DNA of 64,000 nucleotides. It comes from Escherichia coli. Its GTDB lineage: Bacteria; Pseudomonadota; Gammaproteobacteria; Enterobacterales; Enterobacteriaceae. A program made the translations under genes and the position numbers. The notes beneath the pieces are model-generated. The model was not told where the DNA came from, did not search any database, and saw only the letters and a list, made by a program, of their open reading frames with translations. Location of the stretch: assembly GCF_050920415.1 (NCBI RefSeq), contig NZ_CP169309.1; one strand, 5' to 3'. Positions within the stretch are counted from its first letter, which is position 1; every line of letters begins with the position of its first letter. Shown here piece after piece: positions 39,594 through 49,904 of this stretch.

Positions 39594-39942
39594 AGCATCG
39601 AACATTATCACAATTAAAGGTCAACCAGCCGCAGTGACATTTGAAGCCGATATCAACGCATTTCGCGGCAAGTTCCTCAATGTAAACGGTTATTGTGACT
39701 TTGTAGCCACAAGTATTGAGGCATTATATCGTGAAGGCGAAAGCGCTCTGGATGAGTGGATGGCGGATTGTGAAGAGGACGGTATTGCCCCTTTTCGTGA
39801 AGAAGAAGAGCAAAAACGCCTGACGCTTCGTGTGCCGCATCACATCGATTCGCGGCTGACCATCGTCGCCAGACAACATTCCATTTCAAAAAACCAGCTC
39901 ATTATTGATGTCTTAGAACGTGAGTTTTCAGCCCAGATGTAA
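39586..39942 (+). CDS. HicB-like antitoxin with C-terminal ribbon-helix-helix, putative
   Basis: 118 aa; N-terminal HicB/UPF0150-like region and C-terminal RHH-like segment (…KRLTLRVPHHIDSRLTIVARQHSISKNQLIIDVLEREF…). Confidence 0.55.
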   Translation: MNKASNIITIKGQPAAVTFEADINAFRGKFLNVNGYCDFVATSIEALYREGESALDEWMADCEEDGIAPFREEEEQKRLTLRVPHHIDSRLTIVARQHSISKNQLIIDVLEREFSAQM

Positions 39943-39998
39943 ACAGGTCGGATGCCGCGTGGCATCCGACCTGTTGCCAGTTCGTCAATATTACCCAT

Positions 39999-40757
39999 TT
40001 ACAAAATCGTCTCTTCCGTCAAAATCCGCCGCGCGCCTAAAAAATGATCCTGCCAGAAAGGTTCAGCTAACCGACTTACCCGAATGGTTTCCCCGGTGCG
40101 CGGCGACTCGATAAACTGACCGTCTCCCAGATACACGCCCATATGGTCGGCAATCTCGCGGCTGTGAATATGGAAAAACAGCAAATCTCCCCGGCGCAGG
40201 TCGTTATTTGCCACAATGGTTGCCCGACGGTAGTGATACATCTCATTGGCCGTGCGCGGGAGTTTCGCCTCGAGGATCTTGTTGTAGGCATAAAAAACCA
40301 ACCCGCTACAGTCGAAGCCTTGATCGGGTCGCGTGCCACCCCAGACGTATGGCTTGCCAAGCTGCTGCTCCAGACGGTGAATCGCCACTTCGGTGATATT
40401 ATGCAGGTGGTTACTGCTGAGGAAATGATTGTTTTCCGCCAGCGCCTGCCAGCGTCTGTCACTCGCCTTGAGCGGCGCAGGAAACCATTCTGGATGCTGT
40501 TTTATCTGTTCGCGGTTGTGTTGCCGCAGTGCCCTTCTGCTTTCGGCATTGCCTTCCACAATATAGCTGGCCTGCTTTTTCAGATGAATTTGGTACTGTT
40601 TTAATAAACGCGCACGGTTTTGCATCCGCTGGCGGGCGGCGTAGCTGAAAGAGATATGTGATGTGGTGGCGCTGGCGAGTAAAGGGAGCAAAACGCATAA
40701 CGAAAACACGCCTGGATGCAGAAATCTGCCGAGCAAGAACGAAGACATGAAGGACAT
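39999..40757 (-). CDS. yafL: NlpC/P60-family lipoprotein peptidase YafL
   Basis: 252 aa; signal sequence and NlpC/P60 catalytic Cys motif (…GFDCSGLVFYAY…) with downstream His. Alternative start 40748. Confidence 0.8.
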   Translation of the reverse strand: MSFMSSFLLGRFLHPGVFSLCVLLPLLASATTSHISFSYAARQRMQNRARLLKQYQIHLKKQASYIVEGNAESRRALRQHNREQIKQHPEWFPAPLKASDRRWQALAENNHFLSSNHLHNITEVAIHRLEQQLGKPYVWGGTRPDQGFDCSGLVFYAYNKILEAKLPRTANEMYHYRRATIVANNDLRRGDLLFFHIHSREIADHMGVYLGDGQFIESPRTGETIRVSRLAEPFWQDHFLGARRILTEETIL

Positions 40758-41048
40758 AAACCGGCTGAATGAAGGTGAGAATTTTAAAAGACCGGAGGAG
40801 TAAACGGGATTATTAATTGCTTATTTGCATATTACTATTGAGGTTTCATAATCTTAGGAAATAAATGATACATGCGCTTTTCGGACTAATGAAAACTGCC
40901 CTTGTGCTAAATTTGTAAACCCTGCGCCGACAGGCTTGCGTAAAACTCTTTTGGTGATAATGTGAGCCTTCCAAATCCAGACTATTCCGATTTGGGATCC
41001 ATTTTGCCGTCCTGGCGTGTGTAACCGTTTTATCAAGGAATAAGCAGT

Positions 41049-41789
41049 ATGCGTAAAATCGCATTAATTCTTGCGATGTTGTTGATCCCGTGCGTTTCGT
41101 TTGCCGGTTTGCTGGGCAGCAGTAGCTCGACCACGCCAGTGAGCAAAGAGTATAAGCAGCAGTTGATGGGATCCCCTGTCTACATCCAGATCTTCAAGGA
41201 AGAACGTACGCTCGATCTCTACGTCAAAATGGGCGAGCAATATCAGCTGCTCGACAGTTATAAAATCTGTAAATATTCCGGCGGCTTAGGGCCAAAACAG
41301 CGTCAGGGCGATTTCAAAAGCCCGGAAGGGTTTTATAGCGTCCAGCGTAATCAGTTAAAACCAGACAGCCGTTACTACAAAGCGATTAATATTGGTTTCC
41401 CCAATGCCTATGACCGTGCGCATGGTTATGAAGGGAAATACCTGATGATCCACGGCGATTGTGTTTCCATCGGCTGCTACGCAATGACCAATCAAGGTAT
41501 TGATGAGATCTTCCAGTTCGTTACTGGTGCGCTGGTGTTTGGTCAGCCGAGCGTGCAAGTGAGTATTTACCCGTTCCGCATGACCGACGCCAATATGAAG
41601 CGCCATAAATATTCCAACTTTAAGGACTTCTGGGAGCAACTGAAGCCGGGTTACGACTACTTTGAACAGACCCGTAAGCCACCGACCGTTTCTGTGGTCA
41701 ATGGCCGTTACGTGGTCAGCAAGCCGTTAAGCCACGAAGTTGTGCAGCCACAACTGGCATCAAACTACACGCTCCCCGAGGCAAAATAA
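41049..41789 (+). CDS. yafK: L,D-transpeptidase-fold periplasmic protein YafK
   Basis: 246 aa; signal peptide and YkuD-like domain (…[18 protein letters not shown]…). Confidence 0.85.
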   Translation: MRKIALILAMLLIPCVSFAGLLGSSSSTTPVSKEYKQQLMGSPVYIQIFKEERTLDLYVKMGEQYQLLDSYKICKYSGGLGPKQRQGDFKSPEGFYSVQRNQLKPDSRYYKAINIGFPNAYDRAHGYEGKYLMIHGDCVSIGCYAMTNQGIDEIFQFVTGALVFGQPSVQVSIYPFRMTDANMKRHKYSNFKDFWEQLKPGYDYFEQTRKPPTVSVVNGRYVVSKPLSHEVVQPQLASNYTLPEAK

Positions 41790-42527
41790 GCGCCATTCGC
41801 CTGGCATAATCTTTTGCCAGGTTTCATTGCCCGTCAGCGGCTGTGTCGCAATCACCGTGACCACATCATTCGGTGTGGTCTGCGAGCTGAAGTCGATTTC
41901 CACATCCTGATCCAGCAACGTTGCCACGCCAAACGGCGCGCGGCGGGTGATCCAGTGTAAATTAGTCGAGCAATACGCCATTACATAGCGCCCGTCAGAA
42001 AGCAGCATGTTGAAAACGCCCTTCTGCCGCAGTTCATCCGCCAGTGAGGCGATATATTTAAACACTGCCGCCATGTTGCCCGGTGTGCGTGGGTAACGCT
42101 GCGTTAATTTATGCAGCAGCCAGCAAAAGGCTTTTTCGCTGTCGGTTTCACCTACCGGGCGGAAGTTGCCGGTTTCCAGTGACTTGTACCCCGTCAGTTG
42201 CCCGTTATGGGCATAAGTCCAGTTGCGTCCCCATAACTCGCGGGTAAACGGATGAGTATTTTCCAGTGCCACCTCGCCCCGATTCGCCTGGCGAATATGA
42301 GCAATTACCGAGCAGGATTTGATTGGATAGTCCTGGACCAGTTTAGCGATAGGGGAATTAAAGCTGGGTTGCGGATCTTTAAATGTGCGACAGCCTTTAC
42401 CTTCGTAAAAGGTAATGCCCCAGCCATCTTTATGTGGCCCGGTTCCACCACCACGCTGCACCAGACCGGTGAAACTAAAGCAGATATCGGTAGGGACGTT
42501 AGCGCTCATCCCGAGCAATTCGCACAT
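41760..42527 (-). CDS. yafJ: Class II glutamine amidotransferase-like protein YafJ
   Basis: Starts [10 protein letters not shown]… (Cys2 nucleophile typical of class II GATase), 255 aa; convergent 30-nt overlap with yafK. Confidence 0.85.
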   Translation of the reverse strand: MCELLGMSANVPTDICFSFTGLVQRGGGTGPHKDGWGITFYEGKGCRTFKDPQPSFNSPIAKLVQDYPIKSCSVIAHIRQANRGEVALENTHPFTRELWGRNWTYAHNGQLTGYKSLETGNFRPVGETDSEKAFCWLLHKLTQRYPRTPGNMAAVFKYIASLADELRQKGVFNMLLSDGRYVMAYCSTNLHWITRRAPFGVATLLDQDVEIDFSSQTTPNDVVTVIATQPLTGNETWQKIMPGEWRLFCLGERVV

Positions 42528-42589
42528 GGGTAACCTCCACAACAGCGGGAGCGCATGGCCCCCGGCGAAGATTGATTTAAGAATTTTCA

Positions 42590-42729
42590 GGTCGGATGCA
42601 GCGTGAACGCATTATTCGGCCTACGGTTCGGGTACAGATTTGTAGGCATGATAAGACGCGTCAGCGTCGCATCAGGCATCAGCGCACAAGTGCCGGATGC
42701 GGCGTAAACGCCTTATCCAGCCTACGCCA
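42590..42729. repeat. BIME with three REP palindromes
   Basis: gtcggatgcagcgtgaacgcattattcggcctac … gtaggcatgataagacgcgtcagcgtcgcatcaggca … gccggatgcggcgtaaacgccttatccagcctac. Confidence 0.75.
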
Positions 42730-42732
42730 GAC

Positions 42733-43311
42733 TTACTTAACCATCTCTTTTTCAATTAACTGGATCAGGATATGGATCACTTTAATGTGGATCTCCTGAA
42801 TGCGGTCGGCATAACCAAAGTGCGGAACGCGAATTTCGATATCCGCCGCGCCAGCCATTTTGCCGCCGTCTTTACCCGTCAGGGTGATCACTTTCATCCC
42901 CTTCTCACGCGCCGCCGAGATCGCTTTGATCACGTTTGCAGAGTTACCAGAGGTGGAGATCCCCAGCAATACATCGCCTTCGCGACCTACCGCTTCAACG
43001 TAGCGGGAGAAAATATCATTGAAACCGAAATCATTACCGACGCAGGAAATATGACTAACGTCAGAAATAGCAATCGCCGGATAGCCCGGACGGTTTTCAC
43101 GGTAGCGCCCCGTCAACTCTTCGGCAAAGTGCATGGCGTCGCAATGGGAACCGCCATTACCGCAGGAAAGCACCTTACCACCGGCTTTAAAGCTATCTGC
43201 TAACAGGACCGCCGCGCGCTGAATGGCGTGAATATTGGCGTCATCTTTTAAAAAGTTAGCCAGCGTTTCCGCCGCTTCGTTCAGTTCGTTACGAATAAGA
43301 TCCTGGTACAT
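42733..43311 (-). CDS. gmhA: Sedoheptulose-7-phosphate isomerase GmhA
   Basis: Starts [10 protein letters not shown]…, 192 aa; SIS-domain motifs (…[17 protein letters not shown]…, …[11 protein letters not shown]…). Confidence 0.9.
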   Translation of the reverse strand: MYQDLIRNELNEAAETLANFLKDDANIHAIQRAAVLLADSFKAGGKVLSCGNGGSHCDAMHFAEELTGRYRENRPGYPAIAISDVSHISCVGNDFGFNDIFSRYVEAVGREGDVLLGISTSGNSANVIKAISAAREKGMKVITLTGKDGGKMAGAADIEIRVPHFGYADRIQEIHIKVIHILIQLIEKEMVK

Positions 43312-43550
43312 GAGGATATCCTTCAGCATAAATGTAATAGACAAAATGCAGTGTACCGGATACCGCCAAAAGCGAGAAGTACGGGCAGGTGCGATGACCA
43401 GGACTTTTTGACCTGAAGTGCGGATAAAAACAGCAACAATGTGAGCTTTGTTGTAATTATATTGTAAACACATTGCTAAATGTTTTTACATCCACTACAA
43501 CCATATCATCACAAGTGGTCAGACCTCCTACAAGTAAGGGGCTTTTCGTT

Positions 43551-45995
43551 ATGATGATTTTGAGTATTCTCGCTACGGTTGTCCTGCTCGGCGCGTTGTT
43601 CTATCACCGCGTGAGCTTATTTATCAGCAGTCTGATTTTGCTCGCCTGGACAGCCGCCCTCGGCGTCGCTGGTCTGTGGTCGGCGTGGGTACTGGTGCCT
43701 CTGGCCATTATCCTCGTACCGTTTAACTTTGCGCCTATGCGTAAGTCGATGATTTCTGCGCCGGTATTTCGTGGATTCCGTAAGGTGATGCCACCGATGT
43801 CACGCACTGAAAAAGAAGCGATTGATGCAGGCACTACCTGGTGGGAAGGCGACTTGTTCCAGGGTAAGCCGGACTGGAAAAAGCTGCATAACTATCCGCA
43901 GCCGCGCCTGACCGCAGAAGAGCAAGCGTTTCTCGACGGCCCGGTAGAAGAAGCCTGCCGGATGGCGAATGATTTCCAGATTACTCATGAGCTGGCTGAT
44001 TTGCCGCCGGAGCTGTGGGCGTACCTTAAAGAGCATCGCTTCTTCGCGATGATCATCAAAAAAGAGTACGGCGGGCTGGAGTTCTCGGCTTATGCCCAAT
44101 CTCGTGTGCTGCAAAAACTCTCCGGCGTGAGCGGGATCCTGGCGATTACCGTCGGCGTGCCGAACTCATTAGGCCCGGGCGAGCTGCTGCAACATTACGG
44201 CACTGACGAGCAGAAAAATCACTATCTGCCGCGTCTGGCGCGTGGTCAGGAGCTCCCTTGCTTTGCACTGACCAGCCCGGAAGCGGGTTCCGATGCGGGC
44301 GCGATTCCGGATACCGGGATTGTCTGCATGGGTGAATGGCAGGGCCAGCAGGTGCTGGGGATGCGACTGACCTGGAACAAACGCTACATTACGCTCGCGC
44401 CAATTGCGACCGTGCTTGGGCTGGCGTTTAAACTTTCCGACCCGGAAAAACTGCTGGGTGGCGCAGAAGATTTAGGCATTACCTGTGCACTTATCCCGAC
44501 CACCACGCCAGGCGTGGAAATTGGTCGTCGCCACTTCCCGCTGAACGTACCGTTCCAGAACGGACCGACGCGAGGTAAAGATGTCTTCGTACCGATCGAC
44601 TACATTATCGGCGGACCAAAAATGGCCGGGCAAGGCTGGCGGATGCTGGTGGAGTGTCTCTCCGTGGGCCGCGGCATCACCCTACCTTCCAACTCAACCG
44701 GCGGCGTGAAATCGGTAGCACTGGCAACGGGCGCGTATGCGCACATTCGCCGTCAGTTCAAAATCTCTATCGGTAAGATGGAAGGGATTGAAGAGCCGCT
44801 GGCGCGTATTGCCGGTAATGCCTACGTGATGGATGCTGCGGCATCGCTGATTACCTACGGCATTATGCTCGGTGAAAAACCTGCCGTGCTGTCGGCTATC
44901 GTTAAGTATCACTGTACCCACCGCGGGCAGCAGTCGATTATTGATGCGATGGATATCACCGGGGGCAAAGGCATTATGCTCGGGCAAAGCAACTTCCTGG
45001 CCCGTGCTTACCAGGGCGCACCGATTGCCATCACCGTTGAAGGGGCCAACATTCTGACCCGCAGCATGATGATCTTCGGTCAGGGAGCGATTCGTTGCCA
45101 TCCGTACGTGCTGGAAGAGATGGAAGCGGCGAAGAACAATGACGTTAACGCATTCGATAAACTGCTATTCAAACATATCGGCCACGTCTGCAGTAACAAA
45201 GTTCGCAGCTTCTGGCTGGGCCTGACGCGCGGTTTAACCAGCAGCACACCAACCGGCGATGCCACTAAACGTTATTATCAGCACCTGAACCGCCTGAGTG
45301 CCAACCTCGCCCTGCTTTCTGATGTGTCGATGGCGGTGTTGGGCGGCAGCCTGAAACGTCGCGAACGCATCTCGGCACGTCTGGGGGATATTTTAAGCCA
45401 GCTTTACCTCGCCTCTGCCGTTCTGAAGCGTTATGACGACGAAGGCCGTAATGAAGCCGATCTGCCGCTGGTGCACTGGGGCGTACAGGATGCGCTGTAT
45501 CAGGCTGAACAGGCGATGGATGATTTACTGCAAAACTTCCCGAACCGCGTGGTTGCCGGGCTGCTGAATGTGGTGATCTTCCCGACCGGACGCCATTATC
45601 TGGCACCGTCTGACAAGCTGGATCATAAGGTGGCGAAGATTTTACAAGTGCCTAACGCCACCCGTTCACGTATTGGTCGCGGTCAGTACCTGACGCCGAG
45701 CGAGCATAACCCGGTTGGTTTACTGGAAGAGGCGCTGGTGGATGTGATTGCCGCCGACCCAATTCATCAGCGGATCTGTAAAGATCTGGGTAAAAACCTG
45801 CCGTTTACCCGTCTGGATGAACTGGCGCATAACGCGCTGGCGAAGGGGCTGATTGATAAAGATGAAGCCGCTATTCTGGTGAAAGCTGAAGAGAGTCGTC
45901 TGCGCAGTATTAACGTTGATGACTTTGATCCGGAAGAGCTGGCGACGAAGCCGGTAAAGTTGCCGGAGAAAGTGCGGAAAGTTGAAGCCGCGTAA
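43551..45995 (+). CDS. fadE: Acyl-CoA dehydrogenase FadE
   Basis: Starts [13 protein letters not shown]… (814 aa); N-terminal membrane segment and acyl-CoA dehydrogenase core. Confidence 0.9.
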   Translation: MMILSILATVVLLGALFYHRVSLFISSLILLAWTAALGVAGLWSAWVLVPLAIILVPFNFAPMRKSMISAPVFRGFRKVMPPMSRTEKEAIDAGTTWWEGDLFQGKPDWKKLHNYPQPRLTAEEQAFLDGPVEEACRMANDFQITHELADLPPELWAYLKEHRFFAMIIKKEYGGLEFSAYAQSRVLQKLSGVSGILAITVGVPNSLGPGELLQHYGTDEQKNHYLPRLARGQELPCFALTSPEAGSDAGAIPDTGIVCMGEWQGQQVLGMRLTWNKRYITLAPIATVLGLAFKLSDPEKLLGGAEDLGITCALIPTTTPGVEIGRRHFPLNVPFQNGPTRGKDVFVPIDYIIGGPKMAGQGWRMLVECLSVGRGITLPSNSTGGVKSVALATGAYAHIRRQFKISIGKMEGIEEPLARIAGNAYVMDAAASLITYGIMLGEKPAVLSAIVKYHCTHRGQQSIIDAMDITGGKGIMLGQSNFLARAYQGAPIAITVEGANILTRSMMIFGQGAIRCHPYVLEEMEAAKNNDVNAFDKLLFKHIGHVCSNKVRSFWLGLTRGLTSSTPTGDATKRYYQHLNRLSANLALLSDVSMAVLGGSLKRRERISARLGDILSQLYLASAVLKRYDDEGRNEADLPLVHWGVQDALYQAEQAMDDLLQNFPNRVVAGLLNVVIFPTGRHYLAPSDKLDHKVAKILQVPNATRSRIGRGQYLTPSEHNPVGLLEEALVDVIAADPIHQRICKDLGKNLPFTRLDELAHNALAKGLIDKDEAAILVKAEESRLRSINVDDFDPEELATKPVKLPEKVRKVEAA

Positions 45996-46004
45996 TTGAA
46001 TAAC

Positions 46005-46029
46005 GGAGCCGAAAGGCTCCGTTTCTTTA
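46005..46029. terminator. Rho-independent terminator hairpin between convergent fadE and ivy
   Basis: cggagcc-gaaa-ggctccg stem-loop followed by tttcttta. Confidence 0.7.
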
Positions 46030-46037
46030 TCCGCTAA

Positions 46038-46511
46038 TTATTTAAAATTAAAGCCATCCGGATGGTTTTCCAGGCTGCCGGTCAACGCCGCGAATAGCAC
46101 CGTTTTACCATCAATCGAAAGCGCATCATTCACATTCAACCAGGTGAGTTTCTCTTGCGAGGTTTTCTCATCAATGGTCGAGAACAGCCCCGTCATCTGA
46201 TTAGATTTCTCGGACCACATCACAGCGATACGTTGCGAGCCACAGTCATGCGGTTTGCACGCGCTCATCACCTGATACGTCTCATCTCCCAATGTCACGG
46301 TTTGTGCGGGGGTATAAGTACCGCCTTTCATCACCCAGGCTGGCAGCTTATGCCCTTGCACCATCTGACTAAATGCAGCGTTGGTGGTTTCGCCCTTTGC
46401 AAGGCTGCTAATGGTTAAATCATCCTGCGCCATTGCACTGGTGGCGATGACCAGAGCGGCGACTGTTGTTATTGCCTTAAACATCATTCCTCCCGAGCTT
46501 ATCCTGCCCAT
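46038..46511 (-). CDS. ivy: Inhibitor of vertebrate lysozyme Ivy
   Basis: 157 aa; signal peptide (…ALVIATSAMAQ) and the CKPHDC loop motif characteristic of Ivy. Confidence 0.85.
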   Translation of the reverse strand: MGRISSGGMMFKAITTVAALVIATSAMAQDDLTISSLAKGETTNAAFSQMVQGHKLPAWVMKGGTYTPAQTVTLGDETYQVMSACKPHDCGSQRIAVMWSEKSNQMTGLFSTIDEKTSQEKLTWLNVNDALSIDGKTVLFAALTGSLENHPDGFNFK

Positions 46512-46664
46512 GTTATTAACCTCCTAAAGCCTGGCGACAACACGATAATTTGCAAATCAGATATTTCCAATATCAGCATTTGTTATCAATTTATTCTGCG
46601 CTAAGGCAACTGCCTGATAAGGTGTTAAAGTTATAAAACCCTTCGCATAAAGGAGTTGTACACC

Positions 46665-47435
46665 GTGCCTGGTTTGAAGATTACGCTTTTGCAGCAACCA
46701 CTGGTGTGGATGGATGGTCTTGCCAACCTGCGCCATTTTGATCGTCAACTGGAAGGTATTACCGGGCGCGATGTGATCGTTCTACCGGAGATGTTTACCA
46801 GCGGCTTTGCCATGGAAGCGGCAGCTTCGTCGCTAGCACAAGATGACGTAGTGAACTGGATGACAGCTAAAGCGCAGCAGTGCAATGCGCTGATTGCAGG
46901 CAGTGTTGCATTACAAACGGAGTCTGGTTCGGTTAACCGCTTTTTGCTGGTTGAGCCGGGCGGCACGGTACATTTTTATGATAAGCGTCATCTGTTCCGA
47001 ATGGCAGATGAGCATCTGCATTATAAAGCGGGCAATGCGCGAGTGATTGTGGAATGGCGCGGCTGGCGTATTTTGCCGCTGGTGTGCTACGACCTGCGTT
47101 TTCCGGTGTGGTCGCGCAATCTCAACGATTATGACCTCGCCATCTACGTCGCCAACTGGCCTGCCCCACGCTCTCTGCACTGGCAGGCATTGCTGACAGC
47201 CCGCGCGATTGAGAATCAGGCGTATGTGGCGGGATGCAATCGCGTCGGCAGCGATGGCAACGGCTGCCATTATCGCGGTGACAGCCGGGTGATTAATCCA
47301 CAGGGCGAGATTATCGCTACTGCCGACGCGCATCAGGCAACGCGCATTGATGCGGAGCTGTCGATGGCGGTGTTAAGGGAATATCGCGAAAAGTTTCCGG
47401 CATGGCGGGATGCGGATGAGTTTAGGTTGTGGTGA
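46665..47435 (+). CDS. yafV: Nitrilase-superfamily omega-amidase YafV
   Basis: GTG start 9 nt after an AGGAG Shine-Dalgarno (256 aa); C-N hydrolase motifs (…VLPEMF…, …RKRHLF…, …VCYDLRFP…). Confidence 0.85.
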   Translation: MPGLKITLLQQPLVWMDGLANLRHFDRQLEGITGRDVIVLPEMFTSGFAMEAAASSLAQDDVVNWMTAKAQQCNALIAGSVALQTESGSVNRFLLVEPGGTVHFYDKRHLFRMADEHLHYKAGNARVIVEWRGWRILPLVCYDLRFPVWSRNLNDYDLAIYVANWPAPRSLHWQALLTARAIENQAYVAGCNRVGSDGNGCHYRGDSRVINPQGEIIATADAHQATRIDAELSMAVLREYREKFPAWRDADEFRLW

Positions 47436-47464
47436 GTGGGGGTTGTGTTTAGGGCCGGGGAGAG

Positions 47465-47700
47465 TTGGGGTATGACTACGAAAGCCCGCTCTCCTGCGAC
47501 CACTTTTATCATAGGAGTGTGGAAGTGCTTTTCCATCAATCGCGATGACGTCTTTGTCATCTGAAGAATGACATTCACGCATCCGGTTAATAAAGCATTC
47601 GTGAAATTATACTGAACGGATACAAGACATAACTCTAATTATGGTGCCGTGAACAGGATTACCATTTTCAAAATTACGATATTATTTGCAGTAATTATGT
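47465..47700 (-). mobile_element. Degenerate ISAs1-family (H-repeat) transposase remnant abutting the yafV 3' end
   Basis: About 80% nucleotide similarity by eye to 49396-49620; minus-strand translation …[26 protein letters not shown]… matches the transposase fragment at 49323-49781. Confidence 0.5.
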
Positions 47701-47706
47701 TATTAA

Positions 47707-48219
47707 TCATTGTGATATTTCCATCTCTGTGATTAATACCGGATACGCATTTAATTGCAGAGTTTGCACGAAATTATCGCAGATAACTGGCAATAACAAT
47801 AACCCATCAGCCCGCTGCTGTAATACCTCCATTCGTTCTACTGATTCAACATTAACAACCAAACCAAGGGCATTTAGCGATTTAAGGATCTCCAGATGTT
47901 CACTCATCCAGCGCAGAGAAAAAGGATCATCACCAATTATAAAAACAGGCCCCCAGCCGGTTAATAACTGGCGTTTCATTACGGAACCAGGATGAAGTCG
48001 AGTACATATTACAGGAAATACCCCCTGTTGCGATGGTTCCGATGATGTGGATAATTCAGAAATATTTTCCATTGTTAGTGAAGAATTAACATCCATTAAT
48101 AATGGTGAAACAACCTCACTTTCCTTGCTAGTAATGGCTGCACTAATCTGAGAGGAAAATAACAATATTATTACGTATAAACTCATTTTTAACATAACAA
48201 ATTCAATCCGTTTATTCAT
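47707..48219 (-). CDS. Hypothetical secreted/membrane protein, AT-rich
   Basis: 170-aa ORF with N-terminal hydrophobic signal-like segment (MSLYVIILLFSSQISAA); no assignable motif. Confidence 0.45.
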   Translation of the reverse strand: MNKRIEFVMLKMSLYVIILLFSSQISAAITSKESEVVSPLLMDVNSSLTMENISELSTSSEPSQQGVFPVICTRLHPGSVMKRQLLTGWGPVFIIGDDPFSLRWMSEHLEILKSLNALGLVVNVESVERMEVLQQRADGLLLLPVICDNFVQTLQLNAYPVLITEMEISQ

Positions 48220-48285
48220 GTTATAGAATAATGATGCTATAAATCATCATTAATGTTCAATTATTTAATCACACAGTTTAAAAAA

Positions 48286-48789
48286 TCATTGACCAATGTG
48301 AATTGGCAATGTACCACTCAAGTTAAAATCACTGAATATTTTATCAATTTCTCTTGCAGTTTCTATATATTTAACCTCTTTCGTACTTGCATTATAAATA
48401 GCCCAAGCCTCGGGATGGGATGTTCCACCAAACCTTACAAAAAAACTTGATTTCATATTATTATATAAATTAACATCAGGAAAAGGATCTTCTCCAAAAT
48501 TAGTAGTATTGAATAATGAAAGTTCGTATCGCTTAGAAAATTCTATTGGTAGGATAGCTTCACTGCCATCAATAGCATTCATCCAGAGTTTGTTACCATT
48601 ATATTCCAACAATAATCTCTGTTTTGCATGTGTTTTATCTCGTTCTTTAACGACAGCGAATACCTTTTTAACAACCTGCTGTGCGGATGGTCCTATTGTA
48701 TTACCAAAAGATGGCAACCCGATTTTGCCATAAACACTCTCCTGAATGAAATAAATATCCGTTTTATCGGCCTCGACAATATCTACCAT
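48286..48789 (-). CDS. Hypothetical cytoplasmic protein, AT-rich
   Basis: 167-aa ORF; no signal peptide; no assignable motif. Confidence 0.45.
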   Translation of the reverse strand: MVDIVEADKTDIYFIQESVYGKIGLPSFGNTIGPSAQQVVKKVFAVVKERDKTHAKQRLLLEYNGNKLWMNAIDGSEAILPIEFSKRYELSLFNTTNFGEDPFPDVNLYNNMKSSFFVRFGGTSHPEAWAIYNASTKEVKYIETAREIDKIFSDFNLSGTLPIHIGQ

Positions 48790-49101
48790 TTATCCCTCCA
48801 AACAAGACCTGACTCCAGGACAAGAGCATAGTGTGTAGTAAACACATCATGCTCTTGCCCTGACCATTGAAATAACAACTTTCGTTTGTTTACTGTACGC
48901 TGTCTAAATAGCTGCGTGGAATAAAGTTGCACTTTTTATCATCCCTTGTAGAGCAAGATTACGAAAGCCCGCCCCCGCAAGGGCTGACGCGAGGTAGTCT
49001 CTGTCCGCAGCTGCTTTTCACATCTTACATCTTGCCCCTGCCTTGAGTATCTTATCTTTCGTTAAAATATTAATAGCGATCTTCCGTATCCCTGAAAATA
49101 A

Positions 49102-49781
49102 TTATGCTGCATTTCCTCTTCTTATTTTGAAGTCGTCTTTATTCATTACCACTTCCAGATGCCAGTGCAATTTATTCTCCACTTGCCAGTGATTTCGGTT
49201 CGCTGTGGCGAACTTCTCTGCGGTTAAATCAGCAGAAATGCTATAATATCTGACCGTCATTTCGGGATTTTTCTTTTGTTCTGCTATTATTGAGCGAAAT
49301 GAGACTGCCATGCATAATTTCTTCAGCCCTTTCCATTCAAACGTAAAATCAATAAATTCATCAGAGACATGCAAACAATATGAAGACGGATTTTAATGAC
49401 ATAAGTTGCTCCCTTGTGACGAGTTTTATCATAAGAGTGCCGGAGCGTTTTTCCATCAATTGCAATGACGTCTTTATCATCTGAAGAATGACATTCACGC
49501 ATCCGGTTAATAAAGCATTCGTGAAATTTTGCAGGACTGATACATGATACAACTCTGGCAATAGTATCGTGAACAGGAATACCATTTTCAAAATCACCAT
49601 ATTGCTTCAAAAAATCGAGATGAGTTTCCCCGAAATCCTCTATATCTTCCCAGCCTTCTGCACCCGAAATAACGGCGCAAATAGTCAACAGTAGAATATC
49701 CGATAATTTATGCTCCACTTTCCAGGCTTGTCTGTAATCGGGGATAATAGAAATATGTTCCATCAATTTTTTAAGTTCCAT
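49102..49781 (-). pseudogene. ISAs1-family (H-repeat-associated) transposase, internally deleted/frameshifted
   Basis: N-terminal 152 aa ([51 protein letters not shown]…) and a separate 90-aa C-terminal piece (…[30 protein letters not shown]) lie in different frames; the catalytic middle is missing. Confidence 0.7.
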
Positions 49782-49904
49782 TTTGTTCTCCTTAATTATG
49801 TAAGGAGTATTTGATCATGTATAAGCAATAAAAAACAGCTTCAGGTAATGAGGAATATCTCAATTTTTAAACATAAAATGCGAATTATTTAGTACAAAAA
49901 AGCA

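Noticed and set aside
43473-43550. N-terminal extensions of the longest ORFs for fadE (840 aa), gmhA (246 aa), flagellin (330 aa), yafJ (260 aa) and others.
   Set aside because: The extensions run into intergenic or REP sequence and lack homology to the family N-termini; internal starts that reproduce the expected protein lengths and conserved N-termini were used instead.
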